A stretch of 62,446 nt of DNA, counting the filler, from Sluysia triapertura (taxonomy: Eukaryota): the NCBI GenBank assembly GCA_046118255.1. It is 4 parts of 4 records of this genome, joined end to end, with 100 filler letters (N's around TTAATTAATTAA, not from the genome) between each part and the next. Parts side by side here need not be neighbours in the genome. Positions count along the whole stretch, not along the records: positions 34,133 to 50,190 come from JBJNIA010211587.1; positions 50,291 to 62,446 come from JBJNIA010133733.1; 2 more parts are not named here. One strand, given 5' to 3'. The translations under genes were made by a program, and so were the position numbers. How positions within the stretch are numbered: position 1 is the first letter of the stretch; each line of letters begins with the position of its first letter. Positions 37,377 to 51,636 of the stretch are shown piece by piece. The notes beneath the pieces are model-generated. The model was not told the DNA's origin, ran no database searches, and saw nothing but the letters and a program-made list of their open reading frames with translations.

Positions 37377-38548
37377 CTTTTTATCATAAATTTGAGGCGA
37401 GATATTCGAATTTGTAACTGCAATTTGTTCGATTTCATTCTTAATATGACGAACACCTCTCAAATGTATATGAAAAGCACGACTGGATTTAAAAAGTTGT
37501 TTACAAACTTCACAATACAATTCATCACGATTTTCTTCGTTATCACTTTTTAATTTTTCATTTACAAATATCACGGATTTACCTATAAACAAAAATGTTA
37601 TTTATTACAAGTATTAACCTTCTATGTCACACTCATGTACATTTTCAGCAGAATTTTTAATTTCTAATCGTACGTTAACCATTTCACGTGCTTCTAAATC
37701 TGTGCGAAACATTTGCTCAAAATCAATACCCATTTGTGCGCTTAATTTTACAAATTTATCAAACCATACCGGTTCTAAATTTGCAATATTTCTCAAGTAA
37801 TTGTTCCATTTTGACCAACTCCATTGTCCAGTTGTTAAATAATCTTGAAAAAATTGAATCATTATCGTATAAGGATCTTTGTTTATACATTCATTATTTA
37901 CATAAATACTAGAATAACTTTTGTCTGAAAATAAATCTGATTTCGAATCATGATTCTGTCGTTTCTATTTAAAAATTTAAATTAAATTTATTTAAACTTT
38001 ACTCGTTCACATTTCAATTTTTTCCACGCGATTTTCTTTTTCTGTAATAATTTTTCTACTTTACGTCTAACTTTTCGATACTGAAAGTCAAATTTGACTT
38101 TTAGACATTTAATTTCTTTAATTGTATTAAAATATGTTTTAGTGATTGGTACCACACTTTCACAGTCATTTTCGAAATTTGAATAAAACGGATTTGACGG
38201 TGACATTGAACCATCTTCCAAATTACCATATTCCAAATAGCTTATAACTGTTTTTACGATATAACTAAAAGAGCGTTTTTTGGTTTTTAAAACATTATAA
38301 ACTTCTTTCCCTTTCACAAATCGACTCAAATCATTTAACAAATATTCATGTATTGAATCTAAAAATGATAATAGCAAAGAAGAATTTTCATTATAATATT
38401 GTTGACATTGTGACAATGACTTTAACTTGTTTGAAAATGGTGGATGAAGATTCTCAACTAAAACTTTTAACTGTTTTGTTCGATGAACAAAATTATCGTA
38501 ATTTCGTATCAAAACTGTTTCAAAATCATTAATGCGACGTACATTGCT
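37377..38548 (-). CDS. Unidentified protein with a U1/matrin-type C2H2 zinc finger, partial; exons 38548-38003, 37964-37619, 37582-37377
   Basis: 38-nt and 36-nt GT-AG introns join three ORFs in frame; LYCEVCKQLFKSSRAFHIHLRGVRH; downstream exon-like pieces to about 36360 do not splice cleanly. Confidence 0.65.
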
Positions 38549-39357
38549 CTACAAAAAAATTATAAACAATAAATTTAGAGTTAAAATATAATTAAAGTTT
38601 AAAATTTCTAACCATTTTATATACTAAGTTTTAAAAAAAATTGTAAATTTTATGACACTTTTTCTTAAAAACTTTCCCAAAAAGAAATAAAATATTACAA
38701 TAGAAGATTCTATCAATCTCAACATATAATATATATATTAAAAAAATTAGATGTAAAATTTATAAGTGCAGACATTTAAACAAATAAGCTAAGAAAATTG
38801 CGGTCATTTCTTTAAAAAAATTAACTTAAAAATTTTTAAAGTGCTTTAATATTGGATTTCTAAGAAAATGATTACTGAATTTTTCGAATACATTAACGTT
38901 TCTCATAATTAAAGCATATTAATATTAGATAAGCTTTTCAAAGTCGTAATAGTAATTAAAGTACTAAGGTACAATAACTTGCCAAGGAATTTGACTTCAT
39001 ATTTAATGTTTCGTAAAGTTATTAAAAATTCAAAAACATTAGAAATATTTTAATTCAATCTATTACGTCTTGTGATAAAGTAAGTTATTCGTAATAAATT
39101 ACGTTAGAAAATCAAACTCCTAGTTTGATTCTCCTTTTCTGTTTCTTAATCATCGAAGAGGAATAGAGGATAGTAGTTCGGATGTATTGGAACAAATTAT
39201 ATGATCGACCAAACTTATACATTTAAAGAATACTCAGCATGTTAAGGGTACGTCACACGTCAATTTCAATAACACATGTAGAATAATTTTTTAATGAATA
39301 TTAATTTGATATATACTTTTACTATGTATGATCATTATTGTTGGATTCACAAGTATG

Positions 39358-40510
39358 TGTCAGGAAATGAGGGAGAAACCTATGGAGTTATAAAATAAAG
39401 AGAGAATTGATGGATTAAACATTACAAACATTGTTGAAATAAAAATCATGAAAAGAAAACATTTCAAATGATGTTAGCAGCTAAAGAATACCGTGGAGTT
39501 CCAAAGACCTATATAAGGGTTTGAGACCCTGTGGAAGTTTGAGATGGACTCGAAAAACCTTTAGAAGCATTAAGTACCTTTGAACTTTAGAACTTTTAGA
39601 TCATTTAAGACCTTATTAACCTTGAAGTATTCTTCGAGTAATGTTATAAAGTGCATAAAATTTTTAAAATATTTGAGAAATAAAATCATCGTTATTCGTA
39701 TTAAGAATAAATCTAGTATAGTAATAATTAACATGAAGAAGTAGAAAAAGTAATCAGAGAGGTGAAGGTGAAAACATCTAGAGCCTCCTGGGTGTCTTAT
39801 AATTTACTTGAAAGCTTTGAAACTTTAATAAAACCTTTAAACATAAAATAAAATTAAGTCTACAAATAAATTAATTAATTAAAATTTTAAGAAAAAGTAC
39901 GTTTTTGTGAATCACTTTTGAATGCGGAATTTGAAACTGCGTATTTGTTTTGAAAAGACCTTTAGATGAAGGTATGGGTTGACCGAGTTCATGCAAGGAA
40001 AGCCTCAATAAGTTAAAATTTAATTAATTTTTAATTTTGAAATGATGAATTTTTAATGCTTAGACTGATGCAAATAAGATGAATGGAATATGAGATGATT
40101 GCTATGAAAGTGGAGAATCTAGAATTGAGTTCGAAATGTTTGTAAAATGGTTCGTTTGAGAATAAGAACCTTAAAACATTTTTAATTAGAAAATTGGGTG
40201 TGAAAAATGGAAAATTAATTAAATAACAGTAAGTGAAATTAAATTCATTATTTTTATGTATTTTAATGTATATTCTTGATTGTTATTTTAATGCAAGAAG
40301 TAATATAAGTAAAAGTAGATTGAGTAGAATAAAAGAAAATGATGGTTGATAAGAAATCATATTTTTGTGTTTTTACCTAATGAAGTTTGACAGAAGGTAG
40401 CATGTAATTGTCAAAGAGGTTTTGATGATTTGTATGAGAAAGTTTTTGATTGTGTAACTTAGGATTGACTGGATGATGAGAAAGTATAAAATAAAAAACT
40501 TAAAAACTTT
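39358..40510 (-). repeat. LTR-like repeat family C, near-complete solo LTR candidate (about 1.15 kb)
   Basis: Contains both the 17065-17546 and 34133-34328 segments; strong strand skew; TATA-like CCTTATATAG; ends ...CCTGACA. Confidence 0.72.
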
Positions 40511-43365
40511 ACAACACAAGTGCACAATCAAGTTATATTCATTAGAAGATCCATGCTTTTGGTAAAACTTAAATATTTTATTTCTGATTTTATTATTTTA
40601 ATATTATTACTTTGATTATTATTATTTTATTCGATTTTATTATTTTTTGGGAAAGTCCTTAACTTGTTTTAACTTTGTAGGAGACACTGTCCAATTTATT
40701 TTTTAAAAATTATTTGATTTTGATTTTGTTTTATATTATTTGGAAAGAATATAATATTATTATTCGTCAAATCTTAATTTTGTTGCGTCACCTCTGGGTT
40801 TTCTTTTTGCAATGGTTATTGTTTACTTAGTATCGTTATAAAAGTTAGTGTTAATTTTCTTTTAATTGTTATCGTTTCTAGTTAACTCATTTATATTATT
40901 GTGAAAGCAGAGACTTACTGTAGTAATTTGTACTATTTTATTTTTTCTAATTATTATAATATTGAGTTTTGTTATTAATCTGAATTAAAAAATATAACTT
41001 CTGTTGGGTTCAATAGTTACCGCTAATGATCTAGTAGAATTTGAGATAACTTAAATTTACTTTAATAAGTATGAAAATATTGGGGTTTCGTTTAAGTAAA
41101 ATTAAATTATTACTGACTTATTGTAATCGGTTCATTCAAAGACGAAACAAAATGATTGAATATGTTTGTAGTGGTTCATCTAATAATCAAAAATTTTACA
41201 CCACATTATGCATCCACATAAAAAAGTAATTAAAAGTAAACAATACTGCATTTTAGCCAAACAATCAATTTAAATATATCCAATACAACACATTAAGTTC
41301 TATATCTCATGACATAAATTCTCAAATTTAGGACCTCCTGTAAATAAAAACACATCTCACTTCTATTTCTACGACCTTCCTTCACCTACACGTAAATCTC
41401 TTTATTCAAAAACATTTTACCAATAACAATAACTGCATCTGCAGTGGCCAGTCATGGTGATAATGGTATCATTTTTATTGTTCTATTATCATCAGTGTAT
41501 CACCATCAAGACTAATTCGTGATGCCAGTACCATAATGTCTGTAATATCTCATTTTCTTAATTTTAATTTACCGCTATTCTTTCATTGGAAATCTTAGGA
41601 CGGTTTATTAAAGGAAGCTTCAAAACACAATTAGAAGCAGCATTAAACAAAAATATTACTTATTCAACGGATTGTGATGTCAAACATTTTGCAAAAAAGC
41701 TCTTAAGCTTCTGGAGCTTTGATTAACGCAAAAAGTCAGCATTATTCTCTGTTGATTTTGGATAAACACTTAATATAATTTTTGAACTAGAAATCTGACA
41801 ACTATCATATTACTCATACCACAATAATTTATTATTTACATAAAAATTGGTTATAAATAAAAATTATTATCTATGTTCTATATTTTTGTTTTATTTTGAA
41901 ATTACATTGGTTTATAATTATGTATTAAATTTAAAAATAATTTGCCATACATACTAACAAAAATTATAAAAATGCAAATTAATAAAAAATGTCAATAAAA
42001 CTATTTTTTAATAAACTTATTTTTCGTTTATCAATGGCAAACAAATTTAAAACTAGTTTTCTGCATCAAATCATAAAAACACATAGCTTAAACTCAATAA
42101 ACTCGCAAAAATGTTATTATTCATAAAGCATTAGAAATGAAGCACATGTTACCATTCATAAATTATTAAATAAAGTCAATATTCGTAAAATGATTTAACT
42201 AAACAAACTGATATTCGTAAGAAAAGTAAATAAATGGTTAAAGGTAACACAAGATGTCGTTACTATGAAGTTATTCAACATAAGTCCATCTATCAGATTG
42301 TGGACCATCAATTTAACTTATACCAACTAGATGTTTCAGAATACAAGTACCAGTAAGATAATTATGAAATTAGAGTCATAAATTTTTTAAGTTATGTAAA
42401 AATACTTTTTCTAGGTTTCATTAAATCCAATCGGCGTCTAATTTCAATGCATCAGAAATAGTATATCCCAACTTTAGATTACTACCATTTCCTGTCAATC
42501 ACAATTTCGGAAATTTTATCTAATAATTACTTCTTTTGGTCTTCGAACTCTTTCTGATGACGTGCATTAAATACCTTACTTTTTATAAGAATCTCAATTT
42601 ATTTATCAGAAGCGCTCATCAGTAGGTTTAAACAATTAAAAATTAAATGCGTTAATAATGTACGAAGTTTTTCAAATCTTTAAATTTTAGATTCGTTTAT
42701 GGAACTCATGTTTTGTTTCATATTTTTAAATTAACGACAATAATTACATAAAACAATTAAATGAGTCTGAATCTCAATATATTCTAACTTTATCTCAAAT
42801 CCTTTAATTATAACTCAATATAAATAAGTCCATTTATGACAATTAATTATAAATCAATCTATTTATAACGATTAATACATAACTCAAAATAAGTCAATAA
42901 TAATGATAAATCAATTATAATACTCAATTCTAGGGTTACGCAACATTTAGATGCTGGTATACGTAAAAACTCTAGATTCAACGAATAAGTCAGTTAAAAA
43001 TAAGAATTAGTCCGATTACTAAAGAACTATAAGATTCAATTAGTATTTGCCAATACTGTACTGAATCAGCCTTCTTACAACAAAAAAGAATTATTGCAAT
43101 GCTTTCTATTGGATGGATTATAATTTCGATTTTAACTAAATTTGATGTACTCTTAAAATACTGTTTCTATAGCGCCTTGTCTTGAATACATTTTCAGTGG
43201 ACAATCTTCATCTGCATTGGATTCTGTAAATCTGCGTCATGTACTGCTAAATAAAACCAAGTCAGTCGTGCTCGAGCAACAAATATTACGTATTCCATGA
43301 AGGGTTACAATAGACCCACTTCATAATATTAGAAACAAAGTATTTATTGTACAAACAAAATCGTT

Positions 43366-43813
43366 CTATTTGTAATCAGGAGCTTCCTTAACATATCTTT
43401 TATTTCCACGCATTTTATTCCTTCTTTCACGACGAAACTTGTTCAGCTTCTCTATAAACGAAGCAGGTAAACTGGCAGCTCTGGGCACAATCTTTGTCAA
43501 TTGATCCTGCACGTCCAGTTTCGTTATTCGATTAAAGAACCAAATTCGATTTGGGTGGGGCAGTTTCCACGATTTTGCTTGATCTGGGACATTGACTATT
43601 TTGTCTTGGTAATACTGAATCTCCTTTTCAGTTGCCTTCTTCGGATCGAATGTAATTAAAAATTCTTCACGATCTCTAGATGGTTGATATTCCTTGTCTG
43701 CTGGCTTCAAATAGGGTTGTAAGGTTGACGTATTCATGTGACAGTAGACCGGCATAGTCATTGAAGTTAGAATCTGATGAATCACTGATCCGTCAATGTG
43801 GATCTCACCAGTT
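43366..43813 (-). CDS. Terminal-exon-like coding segment of an unidentified gene
   Basis: Acceptor at 43814-43815, about 149 open codons, GC above background; upstream exon-like sequence (43900-44155) contains stops, so it may be a fragment. Confidence 0.45.
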
Positions 43814-44925
43814 CTAAATTACAAATATGTTTTAGCAACAGACATTTCAAATATCTTATTTTAATAGATATTCTTTACATCTAGTTTCACACATCCACCT
43901 ATTGACTACAAATGGATACAAATAAAATTTCTTTTCAGATAATTTATTTTTACAACTATTTATTTAGTTCCAGCTTTTTTAAAATTCCGAAGAATTTGAT
44001 TTAAAATATTTACATTGTTCCTTGGCTGCAAAAAAAGAAATATTTCTCGCTTGATCCGCAGATATCGAATAAATTGATCTACAAAGTTAAGCAACCGTGG
44101 CAATTGTAGATTCATGACAGCTTGGAAATGAGCGATACTGATGGAAATAAATTCTAATTATATTCTTCTCTAAATGCGAGTTTCATATTCATAATCAAAC
44201 AATATGCCAATGTATGCAAGAAGAAACTTCAAAAATTCAAAAATATTAAAATATATAATAGATTCACAAAAACTTTAGAAATACGAAAAAAAATTACTGA
44301 GAACAAGTCGTTTAAGGAATGTTATTGAACCTAGTGGAAAAGTTATTAATGTCGGTTTAATTCTCAAAAGAAGTTCTAATTATTTGTTTTAACGAATGTT
44401 TGATTGTAAAATTCAAAAATGATTGGATAGTGAGAAAATATAGCGGACACAGAATGCTGCTTATTCATGGTCCGTGTTTTCATTCATTGATTCGATTGTT
44501 GCATAGTTAACATTATAATAAAATTAGTTGTTAATTATCTAATGTCAATTTTAGGTATTCTGAACATTTCATTTTTAAGATTAGTTGAATTTGCTCATTT
44601 TAGTTGTGTAATTGTAATATTTGTGTTACACTGAATATAATTAAGTTCGAATTTTATTCTGATTTAAAAGTTTTGAATTTAAAGTTAATATAAACTAAAT
44701 TTAATTAGATTAAAGACGCAATATTATACTGTAATAAAAGACCCACTTATTTTCCGATCCCTATCTCGTATGAAAACATGTGCATCCTTAAACTTTCCTT
44801 AAATTTATAACTTCTAAAGCTCGGCAGAATTAAATTTAGAAACGAATGAGTTATCGTTGTTTTAATTAATTAAATATTGTTGTGCATTACAAAATTCTTA
44901 AAAATTGAAATCAAATGAAACTAAC

Positions 44926-46328
44926 TTGTCGTCAATCTCAAAAAGTTTCATCTTTGGACCTATCCAACACAAATTAACAGGCTGATTAGCATCTTTCGGT
45001 TTCCAGAGACCACTAATGTTATTCAATTGATAATAAGCCATGCGCATGTTCTGACCATCCGTGAGCAATAAACTGACACAAAATGGATAATCCAGATCAT
45101 CATAAATCATAAATCCTTGAGATTGTGCTTGTGAAAGACACCACGTAAATCCATGCATCACAGCTTCGGCAATAAAATGACGATCGACGACATTAAGCGG
45201 AGTTAAAATGTGACTATATTCATCTATTATACATTTACTGTTATTATAATTGATGACACCTAATATTCCAAACATACACGCATCTCCTGGTTTGAAAATA
45301 GTATCTCCCCAGGTCGCTGGACAATTGGAAATAAAAGACCATCTATTAAATGGTCGAAAAGGTTGACATCGAAATTCCAAATTATCAGATGATTTAATAT
45401 CGAATAATTCTGGACTGTAAGGATAATCAGGAAACGTTGCGTTTTCACATTCATTGGGATTTTCTTTATAAAACGGTACAAATGGCTCTAATGGATGTCT
45501 ACAACGAATATTCCACGATAATTGACCTTTAATTTTATATTTTACGAAACCATCTTCATCTTTAACATGTTTAGGTATTGTATCAAATGTATAATCAGAT
45601 CGTTTAAAAAATGACTCTATCTTCGACACAGGACCAGTTGTATAATTATTTATAATATCTTCAGTTAAACTCGATCGATAAATTGTATTCATTACATAAT
45701 TGATCATTTTATTTGATGCATTAAGCTTCTCTTCGTTATCACAATCATAAACGAAAGGAACATTTTTCAAATAAAAAAAATTTATATGTCTAGCTAACAA
45801 ATTGGTTGTTTTTTCTATGTCTGAAGAAAGTATTTTGTTTGAATTAATTTTAACGCGTTCGGGAATATCCTCAATAACACTAGTTCGTGTAATGAATTGG
45901 GCAAAATTTAATGTTTCTGGAAATAATAACGGTAAATTAATTTCATTATAAAAAAAATTAAATTCATTCCACGACATTTCGTGATATTTTTCCATTAAAG
46001 TACCAAATTTATGAAAATGATTTTTCAAATCATATCTGTATAAATAGTAAGTTCAAATAAAATATACTTACAAATTCCAAGCTTGCTTAACCGGCATAGA
46101 ACCCCAACTACCTGGCGGATAGGAAAAATACCTATTTGTTATAACTTCTTTTGGCCCATCACTATCATTATCGTAAAATACATTTAAAAAGGGAAATTGT
46201 CTTGAACGAAATATTGATCTATAAAATGGATGTCTTCTCTTATTATGCACAGTCGATAAACTAATGGCTCTAATCGAACAAGTATAAGGTAAATAACCAT
46301 TAATTTTAATTCTATTAAATAAAAACAT
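44926..46328 (-). CDS. MRPS30: Mitochondrial ribosomal protein mL65/S30; exons 46328-46072 and 46035-~44926; last short exon uncertain
   Basis: Basic targeting-like N-terminus; 36-nt intron 46036-46071; FTWCLSQAQSQGF..DDLDYPF....LTDGQ....YYQLNN...NLCW matches MRPS30 FAWTGAQAMYQGF..DVTRPF....ITDGK....CYQLNT...NICW. Confidence 0.88.
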
Positions 46329-47302
46329 TCCTTATTTATGTATATAGAATATTTATAAAAATAAGGTATAAACACATTATTATGAAATTACCAATTATGA
46401 ATATAAATTTACAAAATGGTTCATATAATCGGAGTTATTTTTAAGTACAATAAATGCATTAATATAACTGTAAAAAAATATTTTAATAATGATTATTAAA
46501 ACAAATTTAAATAAATTTTTATTTTAAGAGTATATCATTAATAGTATTCACCTTTAATTTACTCCTACAAAACAAATTAATAAAAAATGTTATAGCTTTA
46601 AGGTAATTATGAAAATTTATTTTTATGATACTTAATTTATGAAATAACAACTGCAAAATATTTTAGTTCCATTAATTTATAATCAATTGAAAACGAAAAA
46701 TACGTAACAAATAGATGGATTTAAAGACTTTTCCACACGAATCGTAATTAAATAAAATATCGCGTTCGAAGTCAATCAAAAAGTGTGCTTGAATAAAAAT
46801 TGTCACGATTGAAATTAACCGAAAATATTTTTTGCCATCCAACAGGTAGTTCGTTAATTTCAAAGTGTCCGTCGTACGTTTCATTTGTTTTTGTATATTT
46901 CACCTCTTTCGTATTTATACACGTTAATGTACGTTATGTATGTAGAAATTTGATAATAACCTTTTATTACTAAAATGATAAGATTTTTATTGTAAAAATG
47001 ATATTGAAATTTTTATTAGATTGTTTATTAACTATTAAAATTTATTACAATAGATCTAATAAAATTTTTATTAAACAAATTATATTAATGTTACTATTAA
47101 CATATTGATGTTATTAATATCTATAAATATCTATAAACAAATTGATGTTATTAACATCAATAATCAAATTCAAATTAAGTTTTTAGGTTGGCCCTATTTG
47201 GGAAAATAATTATTATATTTTATTTTTATGAAAAAATTATGAAATATTTAAGAAAAAAGCAAAGTTCTTTCTGTTTCAGAAATATTAAGGTGAATAATTT
47301 AC

Positions 47303-47356
47303 CTTAAGCGCTTTTGAGTACTTTCGTAGTAGATATGAACGCAATATAAATTAATA

Positions 47357-47409
<53 letters not shown>

Positions 47410-47416
47410 TTATTAT
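47303..47416 (+). mobile_element. Isolated 3' tail of the same L2/CR1-type LINE with (TTA)n
   Basis: TAAGCGCTTTTGAGTACT...TAGTAGATATGAACGCAATATAAATTAATATA(TTA)n matches the reverse complement of 35810-35875. Confidence 0.78.
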
Positions 47417-49337
47417 TTTACATAAACTTCATGATTTCAGAAATATCCTATTAGTATCTTCGTCATTAGCAAATCCTATGGAATACATTCTTTAACCAAT
47501 GCCTGTGCTATGATTGTCCTGACCAAACCTTTTATAAACTCTTGATTACTTCACCACATTTATAACTGATAATAATTTATCTTTTTATATCCTTTTAGCA
47601 ATTTTGACCGACAAAATAAGAATTAATTACTCTGTATAATCAATCAAAAGTTTGCACACACACGTTATTTGAAAACTTCACGCATCTTACACTCATGTAT
47701 ATTAGATAACACTTTATTAACAAATTAAAATCATATTTAAAATAAAATTAAAAACATCTTCAATTTACAAAACATCTCTTCTTCATCGATTTTCATTAGA
47801 AATCACTGCGACATTTTCAGTATCTGTTTCTACTCTTTATCATTGTAATAATTTAAGTTCGATATCTACAAGGTTACAATCAAACAAGTTATCTAAAGTT
47901 CCACAGTAATTGTTTAATTCACATTTATAGTCTGATATTTGGTTGTACACTAAAAAGAATGAACATGTTAATTTGCAATTTCCAATCTCTAAAATGATTG
48001 CCTTTACTCTTTTTGAAATCCTTTCTACATTAGTTAATGTTTATATGTGTTTATACATATGTGTTTATGTATACGTATCTACTTAATATTCCATTAAAAA
48101 GGAGTCTCAAACTCAGGGATTTTTTATTTATCTTCTCTTAATAGAGTTTATAATTTATTCATACTTTATGCAATGCATAAGATGTTAATACGATGTTAAA
48201 TACCTTTCATTTCAGAGATTGAGTTCATTATTCGTTTATGTTGTTAGAGATGGAAGTGTTTATTAAATTAAATATGAATTTGACCTAAAAAAATTCAGCT
48301 TTTCGATCCCTACATCAAAAAAATACTAAGACAATTTATATTAATACCTAAAGTATCCAACGAATAATGATGATAATATTCTGATTTTATAAATGATTTT
48401 AACACATCAAATGTTAAAAATATGAATAAATAGAATGTTTTACAATTTTTATATTGTAAAGTCTTATTGGTTAACTTATCCTCCAATGTGTTGATTTTTA
48501 TTATTAAAATTAATCTTTTTTATTTATTTATGCGAATAATAAGACTACTCACTACAAGTTTCAGTTCGAAATCTTCAGCAGCAATATTACCGTATAATGA
48601 TCAAAATTTCCTGTATAACACGTTGCCCAATCTTTCCAATCGATTATACTGTTAATCTACTGCCTATTTATATTATCTCGCTGCATATATTTCATTAATA
48701 TCTCTATCACATTACTAATGTAAAATTTACTAAGGTAGCACAAACTTTAATTATATCTGGCAATGATATGCTTTTACTGTAGTTTATAATAACTAATAAT
48801 AATTGTAATATCATATAAATAATAACTACACATTTAAAATTTATAGTTTTTTTGTTATTTTATTTTATAGTTTAATTATTTTTATTTAGATATATTTATA
48901 TGATTTATAACATATATTTAATTCATTATTAACATTATTTCTATCAAAGGTGTCAAAAGACACCTTCTAACATTTTAATTTGAAATTATTTTCTAAGTTT
49001 AACCATTTTTTTCTCAATTCATGTTTCGTATAATAATTGTTAAATTTATTTATAATTTTCCTTCAGTTCATCCTAGATCTAAATATACGCATCTGGTACA
49101 CAAATAGGTGTATACATAAAATCGTGGCAAAAATAGCGTTAAATAGATATGTTTTAATATCTGAATTAAATACACATACATTAAATACAGATCATTTTTG
49201 TTATTAGAATTCACTGAAAAATTGTGTATATTATATATATATATATTGTATTTCCACTACATGCATTATAAATTATTTAATAAATTCAGATACATACATT
49301 TTATTTACGGGTTCACAAAGTATTATCAAACTTTCGA

Positions 49338-50190
49338 TTAGAGTATATTTATGGAGGGGATGGTTGAAGTTTTTTGTAAAATAATATGATTAAGTGCCAT
49401 GTTGGAATTGGGCGTTATCAAAGTCTTTGAGGGTTTAATAATATTATAAACAAGATTCATTAGTTTCAAAACTTTAATATTAAATTGTAAGAGGATATAC
49501 GTCTTTAAAAGCCTATAGAATGTTAATTCATCTTGACTATTTGTGTCAACGTTATCAAAAGATATTTCGTGATGTGAAAATTTCACCGCGACTTTATAAT
49601 TGTAGTCTTTAGGTCTCATTTTGTGAACGTGGCGTTCAATTTCTTTAAATACCTTATTGGAGTTTTGTCTGTTCTGCAACTTAACATCTTTATCAATCGT
49701 TATGTTATTAGTTTTAAAATCCTTTTGTGTTATTCTAATATTTAAATTAAGATCTTTACATATATGGAATAAAGAATGAAGTCTGAAATATTTGACAAAA
49801 TGATTTATTAAAATTTTTGATTTATGTAAAATTATATACATTGACCGTTGGTACATAGAATGCCACATCTCGCCATCCCAAGATCCGGTTTCTTTGTTAA
49901 AAGATCTACAATAAAACAAATATAAATATTTACAATATACAAGGATGTAATTAAAATTCAATGTTAAATTATTACTTGTGGAACTTCCGTAATTTCCATC
50001 AACTTCTTCCGATTCGTCATCAAATGGTTCGTCCTTTTCTCCCGAGTCGGCTTCACAAACGAGCATTCGGTCTAAATAAAATTCGGTTTCTGAATTCTTC
50101 AACCTTTCCACCATTACGATCTTTCTTCTTGCGTTTATACTGAATAACGGCAATAATGTGTTGGTAGTAACTTTCGGTAAATTTGTTGAA
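49338..50190 (-). CDS. Unidentified coding segment, cut by the contig end
   Basis: 271-aa ORF with an acidic patch; includes intron-like stretches (about 49907-49976 and 49783-49838), so the true reading frame is uncertain. Confidence 0.35.
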
Positions 50191-50290
50191 NNNNNNNNNN
50201 NNNNNNNNNNNNNNNNNNNNNNNNNNNNNNNNNNTTAATTAATTAANNNNNNNNNNNNNNNNNNNNNNNNNNNNNNNNNNNNNNNNNNNN
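50191..50290. other. Artificial contig linker
   Basis: 44 N + TTAATTAATTAA + 44 N. Confidence 0.97.
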
Positions 50291-51249
50291 TAAAACAAAT
50301 AAACACAAATTAAAATTAAAACCCGACATACTAATTATTGAAATTATTAAGTTTTAAACTGATCAAGACAGTAAGATTGAGTTTTAATATTTAACAATTT
50401 TTAAAGACGCAACAATTTCAATAAATAAATAGTTATTACAAATTTTATAATTATAATACAATATAAAGAAAGTTCTTATAAAATTAATAAAAAGTCAAAA
50501 TTAATTACCAAATAGAGGTATATAACAAGTTTATGACAATCAAACAATAATAATTGTAAACGTTAATACAAGTTAACTTTTCTTACTATCCTAAATTTTT
50601 TCCGAAAACTAAATCGATTGAAACCCATTATAACAACGAAGTGTAAGTGTTTTTTCTTTTCTGCGAATTCTAACCGTACACTTACAAAATATATAAGGGT
50701 CGTTTCGCCTAATAAGCACATTTTACGTTTATTTCTAAAGGATGGCTTATTAGGATTTTTACTAACTAAACTAGTTACTCAAACAAGTTTTATTACGAAC
50801 AAAATTACTAAAAATATTATACCATAAAATTATTATTAAATTCGATTACAGTATATCTTTGTAAAAAATATGTGACGAAAAAAACATAATATAAATAAAA
50901 TTTATTTAATATTAACACACCATCTTAATATTCAATGATTTTAATGAGATTTTAAGATAACCTTTAGAACCACCGTAAAATTATTTATTTTAAGTATGAT
51001 TTTAAGTTTTAAGTGAAGTATATAAAAACGTACAGGAATAAACTTACGCTTAGAATGGAACTAAAACTGTTGATTATAGAAATTGTCCTTTCCAAGTTGA
51101 AAATACCGAGCAAAATTAATAACTAAATTACAAAATTTGCTCCAAATGTAGTTATTCTACAATTTTTTTTGTTGCCGTTGCGACATATTAAAAAGTTCAC
51201 TATATATTTTTGACAATTATTTTGATAAAACAATTTTAAATTTTTATTT

Positions 51250-51410
51250 ACTGTTAGACTTCGTAAATTGGACTGACTGGGGATCGAACCCGGGACCTCT
51301 CGCTGCGCAGTTCAGTGCTCTACTACTGAGCTATCAGCCCCATCTAAACATTTTATTTTATTTTAGTCAATTTTACCAAATGGCGCTTTAGGTCTTTTAC
51401 CACAATATTA
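51250..51410 (-). repeat. tRNA-Ala-derived repeat, copy 3; tRNA-like core 51269-51340
   Basis: GGGCTGA/TCAGTCC acceptor stem with G3:U70; D arm intact, T arm with one mismatch; anticodon stem mispaired; same leader and tail as copy 1. Confidence 0.88.
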
Positions 51411-51636
51411 CTTTAATTATAATTTAATTTTCTTTAATATATTATATTTTGAATTTTAATATATTTACAAAATTAAGAATATTTAAAAATTTTACATTAA
51501 ATTTTACAAAATATAAATTACATATATGCATTTTAATAAAGAGAAGTTTTTCATAAATGATATTCAGATCTAGAAGAGATTACATACAAAAATTTTTAAT
51601 TATCACATAAACGACATTTAATTTAAAAAGAAATTT

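Noticed and set aside
51269-51340. Functional tRNA gene
   Set aside because: The anticodon stem does not pair, copies are mutually diverged, and they share non-tRNA flanks.
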